Part shown: positions 56,325 to 64,000 of the stretch, piece after piece | Numbering within the stretch: position 1 is the stretch's first letter | Layout: every line of letters starts with the position of its first letter | DNA from: an uncultured Chlamydiales bacterium | GTDB taxonomy: Bacteria; Chlamydiota; Chlamydiia; Chlamydiales; Rhabdochlamydiaceae | NCBI GenBank assembly: GCA_963700985.1 | Contig: OY969554.1 | Coordinates: 1,536,001 to 1,600,000 of the forward strand | Length of the DNA: 64,000 nt | Direction: 5' to 3' | Program-made: the position numbers and the translations under genes | The notes under the pieces: model-generated | The model's input: only the letters and a program-made list of their open reading frames with translations | Told to the model about the DNA's origin: nothing | Database searches by the model: none

Positions 56325-57829
56325 AGCGCAATCTTATCGCAAGCTTTCTGGGTAAAGGGTGGCAAGCTCTTATCCAACTTCTATTTGTCCCCTACTATGC
56401 CAAACTCATGGGCGTGGAAGCTTATGGTCTCGTTGGTCTTTTTGGCTTATTAATCACGCTCGGATGCCTTTTTGATACGGGCTTAAGTTCTTTTTTGAAT
56501 CGGGAGCTCTCCAGGCTTTTGGCTTTAAATTCAGCGCCTCAAGTGTTTCGTAATCTTGTTTGTACCATCGAAATCGCTTATTGGATCATCTGTTCGACTC
56601 TGGGCGGGATGATTCTACTTTTAGCGCCGGCAATTACTCTGCATTGGCTAAATGTAAAGCTGTTGGACTTTCACACCGTCGAGTATGCAATTGCATTAAT
56701 GGGTCTCTGTTTCGCCTTTCAGCTGCCTCTTTACATGTATCAAAATGGCTTGCAGGGGTTGCAAAAGCAGGTGGCGATGAATGTGCTGTCGGCATTTTTG
56801 GTGACCTTGCGCGTCGGCGGAGCTTTGGCTACGCTTATTTTTTTTGGTGCCTCACCCGTGCTATTTTTTGCATGGCAGGCGGGCATGAGCTTGGTCCATA
56901 CGCTCACCATCCGCTATCTGTTGTGGAAAGAGCTGCCTAAAAGTGAGAAGCGTGCGCGCTTTGAGATGCACTATCTCCTCGAAGGCAGAAAATTTGCCGG
57001 GAAACTTACAATTTTAACCATTCTCGGTGTTCTGGTAACGCACTTAGACAAGATTCTGCTCAGCAAAATTTTGCCCTTAGAAGAATTCGGCTATTACTCT
57101 GTGGCCGTAAGTATTGCCAGTGGGCTTTTAGTGGTGACATACCCGATCTTCTCGGCCATCTTTCCCTCCTATTCTTATGTTGTCACACTCAACGATGAAG
57201 AGAGGATGAGCAAGCTCTATCATCAAAGCGCGCAGATTATGTCGATTTTCATTCTTCCTCTAATGCTACTACTAGCTTTTTTTTCGTTTGAAATCTTGCT
57301 TTTGTGGACGGGAAGCGAAGACATCGCTAAAAAGGCCTGTTTTGTTTTGACATTTCTATCGATTGGAACGGGAATTAATGGAATCATGCATATCCCTTAT
57401 GCTTTGCAGCTTGCGCATGATAAAATGAAACTTTCCTTCTATCAGAGCGCTCTTTTGCTCATCTGTTTAAGTGGTCTGCTTCCGCCGATGATCAAATGGT
57501 GGGGTACGCCTGGTGCCGCCGCTTTATGGAGCCTGGGTAATTTTTTGATCTTATCTTTTAGCGGCTACTTTCTGCATCGTCAATTTCTGATAGGGCAAAG
57601 CGCGCGTTGGTATGTGCAAGACATTCTCTTGCCCGCTTCGGGCGCCTTATGCGTAATGCTTTTGGGAAAATGGGCTTTGCCTCACGAAATGGGTCGCCTA
57701 GGCACCCTCTTTTATCTGATTCTTGTTACAGGAATAACTTTTGTTGTGGCATTGTTATGTGCTTCCTTTCCTAGGAACTGGGTGCTAGAGAAACTGAAAG
57801 TCATAAAAACAGGAACAGGTGCTATATGA
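56318..57829 (+). CDS. wzx: Wzx-type oligosaccharide flippase
   Basis: LKRNLIAS...YGLVG...DTGLS, LDKILLSKILPLEEFGYYS; many TM segments. Confidence 0.85.
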   Translation: MLKRNLIASFLGKGWQALIQLLFVPYYAKLMGVEAYGLVGLFGLLITLGCLFDTGLSSFLNRELSRLLALNSAPQVFRNLVCTIEIAYWIICSTLGGMILLLAPAITLHWLNVKLLDFHTVEYAIALMGLCFAFQLPLYMYQNGLQGLQKQVAMNVLSAFLVTLRVGGALATLIFFGASPVLFFAWQAGMSLVHTLTIRYLLWKELPKSEKRARFEMHYLLEGRKFAGKLTILTILGVLVTHLDKILLSKILPLEEFGYYSVAVSIASGLLVVTYPIFSAIFPSYSYVVTLNDEERMSKLYHQSAQIMSIFILPLMLLLAFFSFEILLLWTGSEDIAKKACFVLTFLSIGTGINGIMHIPYALQLAHDKMKLSFYQSALLLICLSGLLPPMIKWWGTPGAAALWSLGNFLILSFSGYFLHRQFLIGQSARWYVQDILLPASGALCVMLLGKWALPHEMGRLGTLFYLILVTGITFVVALLCASFPRNWVLEKLKVIKTGTGAI

Positions 57830-58668
57830 AAAACTTGCGTGTTGGATTAAAAACACTTTTCACAGTCTTATTCGTTTGCGCATTGATTGAAGCGAGAACA
57901 GAATCTTTTGAAGGCGTGCGTTTTGCCGATATTCGATCATCTAAAAAAGAAAAGATCGTTGAATACATTCATGCTTTTCCCTTTTCAGATTATAAAATCT
58001 ACTATTGCAAACAGCCTGGCTATTTCTTCCTCGACCCGATCGATGACGTAGTGAAAAACGTGCTACGACATGGTTCTGCTTGGGAGCCGTTCATGAACGA
58101 TTATGCTTATCGTTATGCTCGTCTAGGATCGATCGCTGTCGATGTAGGTGCGCACATCGGTACTTATACGCTCAGCATGGCAAGAACAGTTGGCGTAGGC
58201 GGAAGAGTGATTGCAATCGAGCCTCAGCCTAAGATTTTTAGAGAGCTCGTAATGAACATGTCTTTAAATCAGGTCGATAACGTCGATTTCTATTTAGCTG
58301 GCGCAGGCGACAGGGTAGGACAAATTGAACTTTCTCCCCCAGTTCCAGGTAGTGAAGGCGCAACTGGCCTTGGCGGCGGAACAGGAGAATATGTCGATTT
58401 GATCACCATCGATTCTCTCCACCTGGATAACGTCTCCTTCATCAAAATTGATGCTGAATGGATGGAAAACGTTGTGCTAGATGGCGCGAAAGAGACGATA
58501 ATTAGAAATCGTCCAGTGGTCCTGATTGAAATTATGGGCGGGTTTTCTTATGAAACATCTCTGCCTCATGTTAAAGCTAGAATCGATGCAACTGTAAAGA
58601 AGCTTGAGAATCTAGGTTATAACGTAGAGCGTGTTTCGAGTCATGATTACCTCGCTACTCCGCTTTAA
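57826..58668 (+). CDS. FkbM-family SAM methyltransferase
   Basis: VDVGAHIG, IAIEPQ, IKIDAE; hydrophobic N-terminus. Confidence 0.88.
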   Translation: MKNLRVGLKTLFTVLFVCALIEARTESFEGVRFADIRSSKKEKIVEYIHAFPFSDYKIYYCKQPGYFFLDPIDDVVKNVLRHGSAWEPFMNDYAYRYARLGSIAVDVGAHIGTYTLSMARTVGVGGRVIAIEPQPKIFRELVMNMSLNQVDNVDFYLAGAGDRVGQIELSPPVPGSEGATGLGGGTGEYVDLITIDSLHLDNVSFIKIDAEWMENVVLDGAKETIIRNRPVVLIEIMGGFSYETSLPHVKARIDATVKKLENLGYNVERVSSHDYLATPL

Positions 58669-58679
58669 GGTAGACTGAG

Positions 58680-59741
58680 ATGAAAAGCGCTCTGATTACA
58701 GGTATCACAGGACAAGATGGCTCTTACCTCGCCGAACTGCTCTTGCAAAAGGGCTATATCGTGCATGGGTTAGTCAGACGAAGTTCTACCTCTAATCTTG
58801 GGCGCATCGCCCATCTTTGTGATGATGACGCCCTCAAAGGGCGTCTTTTTCTTCATGAAGGTGATTTAGCCGACTCTCCAAGTCTCATGCGTATTGTCGA
58901 AACAGCAGAACCAACCGAGGTATACAACCTCGCTGCCATGAGCGACGTAAAAGTTTCTTTTGAACTCCCTGAATATACGGGAGATATCGATGGAATCGGT
59001 GTTTTGCGTTTGCTCGAAGTTATTCGTCATGTCAATCCTGAGATCCATTTTTATCAAGCATCTACATCCGAGCTCTATGGAAAAGTGCGGACTGTCCCTC
59101 AAAATGAGGAGACCCCTTTCCATCCGCGCTCACCTTACGGAGTTGCTAAACTCTATGCCTATTGGGCAACAGTCAACTACCGCGAGGCCTATCAGATGTT
59201 CGCGTGTAATGGGATCCTCTTTAATCATGAAAGCCCAAGAAGAGGCGAGAAATTTGTCTCTCGAAAAATCACGCTTGCCGCTGCTAGAATTAAAGCTGGC
59301 CTCCAAGAAAAACTAACCCTAGGAAATCTCGATGCCAAGAGAGACTGGGGCTATGCTAAAGATTTTGTAGAAGGCATGTGGCAGATGTTGCAGCAAGATC
59401 AGCCCGAAGACTACGTATTGGCAACAGGCGAAACCACAACAGTGCGTCGCTTTGTCGAGCTGGCTTTCCTTCAAGTTGACGTGCAAATCGTGTGGGAAGG
59501 AACAGGGATTGATGAAAAAGGCCGCGATGCAAAGACGGGTCAAGTTATCGTCGATGTCTCTCCAGAATTTTTCCGCCCTGCAGAAGTGGAGCTGTTAATT
59601 GGAGATCCTTCCAAAGCAAAAAGAAAGCTCGGCTGGTCTCCCAAAACGACGGTGGAAGAGTTAGTGCGCATTATGATGCATACTGATCTCCAACAATTGC
59701 CTAGCAATGCACTATTTTCCCAAGAACTCCTAAATGTATGA
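58680..59741 (+). CDS. gmd: GDP-mannose 4,6-dehydratase
   Basis: [55 protein letters not shown]. Confidence 0.97.
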   Translation: MKSALITGITGQDGSYLAELLLQKGYIVHGLVRRSSTSNLGRIAHLCDDDALKGRLFLHEGDLADSPSLMRIVETAEPTEVYNLAAMSDVKVSFELPEYTGDIDGIGVLRLLEVIRHVNPEIHFYQASTSELYGKVRTVPQNEETPFHPRSPYGVAKLYAYWATVNYREAYQMFACNGILFNHESPRRGEKFVSRKITLAAARIKAGLQEKLTLGNLDAKRDWGYAKDFVEGMWQMLQQDQPEDYVLATGETTTVRRFVELAFLQVDVQIVWEGTGIDEKGRDAKTGQVIVDVSPEFFRPAEVELLIGDPSKAKRKLGWSPKTTVEELVRIMMHTDLQQLPSNALFSQELLNV

Positions 59742-60838
59742 AAGAAGTCTGCGTCGATGCACGCATGCTCTCAAGCTCAGGAATAGGTACCTACTTAAGA
59801 AACCTGCTTGTCCAGCTGAAAGATGCGCCCTTTCGCTTTAAGCTAATCGTACGCTCAGACGCTCTGCAAAAGCATGAGTGGCCTATTGATTGCCTAGGTG
59901 AATTTGATCTGATTTTTTGCGACGCCCAGATTTATTCTATTCAAGAGCAGCTGCAACTTCCGCGTTTGATTCCAACATGCGATCTCTTCTGGTCTCCGCA
60001 TTTTAATATCCCTTTTTTGCCTATTCGCGCCCGCAAACGAGTTGTGACTGTGCACGATGCTTATCACCTAGCTTTTTTTAACCGCTTACGGTTTTTTGAA
60101 AAATGCTACGCGCGCGCGATCTTCGCACGTTTAAAGAACTATGCTGACAGCTTCATCACCGTCTCCCAATTTTCTAAGACTGAACTCTGTACATATGCGA
60201 AATTTTCTTCAGAAAAGATATTTCCTATCTCAAATGGGATCGATCACGTGCGCTTTGCGGCAAAAGACCCGGAAAAAATTAAAGCTCTTAAACAGCGCTA
60301 TTGCCTACCGGAAAAGTTCCTTCTTTTCGTGGGGAATTTAAAACCGCATAAAAATGTGCAGGGCTTGATTCGCGCCTTCCATCTGCTGCAAGAAACGAAT
60401 CCATCCGATTATGGCTTAGTAGTTGTGGGGAAACGTGCTAAGCTACGCACAGCAGAGCAGCAGTTGCCAGAAGATTTAAAAATATTTATACTAGAAGATA
60501 TAGAAGATGAGGAGCTCCCGCTGCTTTATCAAAGTGCCACACTTTTTATCCTGCCCTCTTTTTATGAAGGATTTGGGCTCACACCGTTGGAAGCGATGAG
60601 TTCTGGTTGCCCAGTAGTGGTATCGCGAGTGGCAAGCCTTCCCGAGGTGTGTGGAAATGCAGCTGAATATGTCGATCCTTACGATGTGGCAGATATTGCC
60701 AGGGGGATAAGCAAGGTGCTTAACAACGGTGTTTTACAAGAAGAGCTTAAGCGCAAAGGATTCGAGCAGGCAGCTCAATTCTCTTGGAAAAAGGCGGCTA
60801 TGGAGCATGTGCGAATTTTTGAAGAGGTGCTGAGATGA
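59738..60838 (+). CDS. Glycosyltransferase family 4 (mannosyl/rhamnosyltransferase-like)
   Basis: [24 protein letters not shown]. Confidence 0.9.
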   Translation: MKEVCVDARMLSSSGIGTYLRNLLVQLKDAPFRFKLIVRSDALQKHEWPIDCLGEFDLIFCDAQIYSIQEQLQLPRLIPTCDLFWSPHFNIPFLPIRARKRVVTVHDAYHLAFFNRLRFFEKCYARAIFARLKNYADSFITVSQFSKTELCTYAKFSSEKIFPISNGIDHVRFAAKDPEKIKALKQRYCLPEKFLLFVGNLKPHKNVQGLIRAFHLLQETNPSDYGLVVVGKRAKLRTAEQQLPEDLKIFILEDIEDEELPLLYQSATLFILPSFYEGFGLTPLEAMSSGCPVVVSRVASLPEVCGNAAEYVDPYDVADIARGISKVLNNGVLQEELKRKGFEQAAQFSWKKAAMEHVRIFEEVLR

Positions 60839-61983
60839 GAAGTGCTCTTGTACACGACTGGCTAGTGGGTATTGGAGGCGGAGAGAAGTGTCTAGAAGCG
60901 ATTTATGACCTCTTTCCCTCTCCAATTTCTACGCTCGTTAAGGATGTAGAAAAGATCAAAGGCATGAACTTTGCCTCTGCCGAGATTGAAACCTCTTTCA
61001 TTCAGAAACTCCCCTTTGCTCGAACAGCATATAGAAATTATCTTCCTCTTTTTTCTTTTGCTATCGAACAATTCGACTTAAGCCAGCATGATCTCATCAT
61101 TTCACTTTCTCATGCTGTTGCCAAAGGTGTGCTTACGCATAGTGATCAACTGCACCTCTGTTACTGCTTTACACCCATGCGGTATGCTTGGAATTTAACC
61201 AATCAGTATTTAGCCGGGCTAGGAGCTTTGCGTAAATTTTGTGCAGGCGTTGCCCTGCATAAGTTGCGGGCGTGGGATGTGGCCTCTGCGGGCCGAGTTG
61301 ACCATTTTGTAGCCATCTCGCAAGTCGTTGAACGCAGAATCCGGAAGGTTTATGGACGCAGCTCAACCGTCATTTATCCTCCTGTGGCAACACACAAGTT
61401 TGTGCTAAATCCCAAAAAAGAAGAGTTCTATCTTACAGCGTCGAGGATGGTGCCATACAAAAAGATCGATCTGATCGTAGAAGCCTTTGCACAAATGCCA
61501 GACAAGCGCCTAATCGTGATTGGTGATGGGCCAGAGATGCAAAAAGTAAAATCCAAGGCAACCAAGAACATTGAAATTTTGGGCCATCAATCGGATATCG
61601 TCCTAAGAGATTACATGGCCCAAGCCAAAGCGTTCGTGTTTGCGGCTGAGGAAGATTTTGGAATTATTGTGGTCGAAGCGCAAGCTTCAGGCACACCCGT
61701 GATCGCGTTTGGAAAAGGCGCTGCTTTAGAGACGGTACTTGATGACAAGACGGGCCTCTTTTTTCCTGATCAGACAGTGGAAAGCCTCATGGTGGCCGTA
61801 GAAGATTTTGAGAAGCGGCAAGATCAGTTCAATGCGCGTGAGATTAGAGCGCATGCTGAATTATTCAATGAAGCGAGATTTAAAAGGCAATTTCACGCCT
61901 TTGTGAAAGCAAAAGTAGAGGAGTACAATGAAAATCGTCATTCTGGCCGGCGGCAGCGGGACGCGTCTTTGGCCCATTTCTAG
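60835..61983 (+). CDS. Glycosyltransferase family 4 (WbaZ-like mannosyltransferase)
   Basis: ALVHDWL..GGGEK, YCFTPMRYAW, EEDFGIIVVEAQASGTPV. Confidence 0.9.
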   Translation: MRSALVHDWLVGIGGGEKCLEAIYDLFPSPISTLVKDVEKIKGMNFASAEIETSFIQKLPFARTAYRNYLPLFSFAIEQFDLSQHDLIISLSHAVAKGVLTHSDQLHLCYCFTPMRYAWNLTNQYLAGLGALRKFCAGVALHKLRAWDVASAGRVDHFVAISQVVERRIRKVYGRSSTVIYPPVATHKFVLNPKKEEFYLTASRMVPYKKIDLIVEAFAQMPDKRLIVIGDGPEMQKVKSKATKNIEILGHQSDIVLRDYMAQAKAFVFAAEEDFGIIVVEAQASGTPVIAFGKGAALETVLDDKTGLFFPDQTVESLMVAVEDFEKRQDQFNAREIRAHAELFNEARFKRQFHAFVKAKVEEYNENRHSGRRQRDASLAHF

Positions 61984-63343
61984 ACGCTCCTTCCCGAAAC
62001 AGTTTCTAAATTTTGGAGATAGCGACTCTCTATTGCAGAAGACGGTTAAGCGCTTCCTGTCGCTTTATGACGCCCAAGATATTCTGATCATGACGCATCA
62101 AGAGTATTTTCATCTGGTGAAGAGTCAAGTCGGTCTCATCGATCGCCAATTAGAGAATCAGATCATCATCGAGCCAGAGCGTAAAAATACCGCCCCTGCC
62201 ATAGCGCTTGCCGTGAAGTATATGCAAGAGTTTATGGGAGCCAAAGACGATGAGTGTTTTGTGGTCTCTTCTTCAGATCATCTTCTATCCCCCGAAGAGA
62301 TCTTCTTAAAAGGCATTAAAGATGCAGAAGAAGTAGCCAAGCAGAAGAGGCATGTGGTCTTTGGGATTCGCCCCCATAAGCCAGAGACAGGCTATGGATA
62401 TATCAAAGCCCCGCATTCTGTTAAGGGCAAAGCGGTAGACGTCGAACGTTTTGTTGAAAAACCCGATAGCGCCACGGCCCAACGCTACCTTTTAAGTGGT
62501 GACTACCTCTGGAATTCAGGAATCTTCGTTTTTAGGATAGATACCTTCGTGCAAGAGATCAAAAAACACTGCTCGCAAATTGGAGAGAAGTGCCAACTTC
62601 CTTTTCAAGAAATGGTCAGCCATTTTTCGGAAATGCCAGACATCTCTATCGACTATGCTCTGCTTGAAAAACCGACCCCCATCTCTGTGATTCCTTTAGA
62701 TATCAGCTGGTCTGATGTGGGCAGTTGGGATAGCGTCTATGATGTTATGGATAAAGATGCTGAGCAGAACGTCAAGATCGGCAATATTTTGGCGCTCGAT
62801 ACAAAGAATTGCCTGATCGTTGGAGGAAGGCGCCTGATCTCAACTATTGGATTAGAAGATCTTCTAATCATCGAGAGTGAAGATGCGATTTTCATCGGCA
62901 AAAAAGGAGAGTCACAACGCATTAAAGCGCTTGTAGATGAACTTAAAGAACGCCAACACAAAGAGGTGCTTGAACACCTAACCACCCATCGCCCCTGGGG
63001 AAGCTTTACCATATTAGAAGAAGGCGAGCGTTATAAGATCAAACGCATTGAGGTCGCGCCTCAGCAGAGACTAAGCCTTCAGATGCATTATCATCGCAGC
63101 GAACATTGGGTGGTAGTCAAGGGCACTGCTAAAGTGACCATCGGCGAGCAGGAGATCTTGGCACATGAAAATGAGAGCGTCTATGTGCCTAAGTCTACCG
63201 TGCACCGACTTGAAAATCCTGGCAAAGTGCCGCTTGAGATCATCGAAGTCCAAGTGGGGGAATATGTCGGCGAGGATGATATCGTGCGCCTAGAAGATAT
63301 CTACGGAAGAATGTCCCCCTCTCTATCTCATGCCCATGCTTGA
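61928..63343 (+). CDS. manC: Mannose-1-phosphate guanylyltransferase / mannose-6-phosphate isomerase
   Basis: ILAGGSGTRLWP.SR..FPKQF, PETGYGYI, WNSGIF, WSDVGSW, C-terminal cupin RPWG...HYHRSEHW. Confidence 0.95.
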   Translation: MKIVILAGGSGTRLWPISRRSFPKQFLNFGDSDSLLQKTVKRFLSLYDAQDILIMTHQEYFHLVKSQVGLIDRQLENQIIIEPERKNTAPAIALAVKYMQEFMGAKDDECFVVSSSDHLLSPEEIFLKGIKDAEEVAKQKRHVVFGIRPHKPETGYGYIKAPHSVKGKAVDVERFVEKPDSATAQRYLLSGDYLWNSGIFVFRIDTFVQEIKKHCSQIGEKCQLPFQEMVSHFSEMPDISIDYALLEKPTPISVIPLDISWSDVGSWDSVYDVMDKDAEQNVKIGNILALDTKNCLIVGGRRLISTIGLEDLLIIESEDAIFIGKKGESQRIKALVDELKERQHKEVLEHLTTHRPWGSFTILEEGERYKIKRIEVAPQQRLSLQMHYHRSEHWVVVKGTAKVTIGEQEILAHENESVYVPKSTVHRLENPGKVPLEIIEVQVGEYVGEDDIVRLEDIYGRMSPSLSHAHA

Positions 63344-64000
63344 AAAATTTGAGTTGTTTTATGGAGCCTTGAGATTCTCTCCGCTTTGGTTGGCGGTTGA
63401 TCTTTTGCTCATTTTACATTTTTTTACCGCCTGGTTTTTTTCTTGGAGAAAAACTGGTTGGAAGCTCGATTTTTGGTGGCTCACACTCTTTTTCCAGTTC
63501 TTTATTTTCATTCTCATGATGTACCCGGTTAATGCCTCGATATTCAATATGGCATCGGTGAATGGGGAGATGGGGCGGATTGAGCCATTTGTCGATCGCG
63601 CGTTTTCGATTAGCGTCTTGGGCTATGTATTCTTATGGGTTGGACGTTATCTGCACGACGGGTTGGGAAAAAAGATTCTCTTCTTGCCGCTTAGAAAAGT
63701 TATGAGCGGCATAGAAATGATCATCATCAAGAACGTCTCATCAAGATTTGTTTGTATCTCTTTGGGTCTTCTGACGCTTTGCCTATCTCTGGTCATTTTC
63801 CCTTTTTCTGTAGCAGCAGGGCATAATTTTTCGGCTCGCGACTATTTTTTGGAGGCGGATACTTTGCGTCCCCTTTTTAACCTTACTTTATGCTGCTTCA
63901 CCATAACCATCTGGTATTTAGGCGTGAATTATCAGCAATGGCGAAGAAGAAGCATGCTGGCACTGCTGGTCACATTTTTGCTTCTTTCCGTTTTTTTAGG
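63336..64000 (+). CDS. Polytopic membrane protein, probable Wzy O-antigen polymerase (partial)
   Basis: Not in the ORF track because it runs off the edge. Manual reading MLEKFELFYGALRFSPLWLAVDLLLILHFF...LDFWWLTLFFQFFIFILMMYP... stays open to the window end, is multi-TM and lies in a wzx cluster. Confidence 0.65.
   Translation, partial: MLEKFELFYGALRFSPLWLAVDLLLILHFFTAWFFSWRKTGWKLDFWWLTLFFQFFIFILMMYPVNASIFNMASVNGEMGRIEPFVDRAFSISVLGYVFLWVGRYLHDGLGKKILFLPLRKVMSGIEMIIIKNVSSRFVCISLGLLTLCLSLVIFPFSVAAGHNFSARDYFLEADTLRPLFNLTLCCFTITIWYLGVNYQQWRRRSMLALLVTFLLLSVFL

Noticed and set aside
63359-63547. 62-aa minus-strand ORF
   Set aside because: Antisense to the open plus-strand membrane protein starting at 63336.

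Overview
This window is chromosomal DNA from an environmental member of the Chlamydiae, probably Parachlamydiales or Simkania/Rhabdochlamydia-like. The evidence is a MOMP-like porin, the thrS-parA-pGP6-D-like block, the long chlamydial GreA, the tandem-domain ThyX and the conserved yggT-CT646/647/648-like-ygfA...recA order. Most of the window is housekeeping: thrS, purB, dapA, ung, tRNA-Pro(GGG), glmU-like, ispA, recA, glk, oppA, an RND efflux operon, rdgB, greA, hemB, thyX, tyrP and uvrB. It ends in a Wzx/Wzy-type surface polysaccharide cluster of more than 14 kb that runs off the right edge. Main points of interest: (1) a 734-aa candidate effector with an intact H-Y-E PARP-like ADP-ribosyltransferase domain, whose C-terminal tip has the NNC-codon signature of a DGR-type variable region although no RT or template repeat is visible here; (2) a probable oriC at about 15.2-15.43 kb; (3) a dispersed, modular CAGGAT palindromic repeat family with 4 copies; (4) a nested MITE-like element next to an orphan DinJ/RelB-like antitoxin whose toxin is reduced to a 7-codon stub; (5) decayed dinD-like and AAA-ATPase remnants. 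All homology calls and CT locus numbers come from recognised motifs and recalled gene order, not from database searches.
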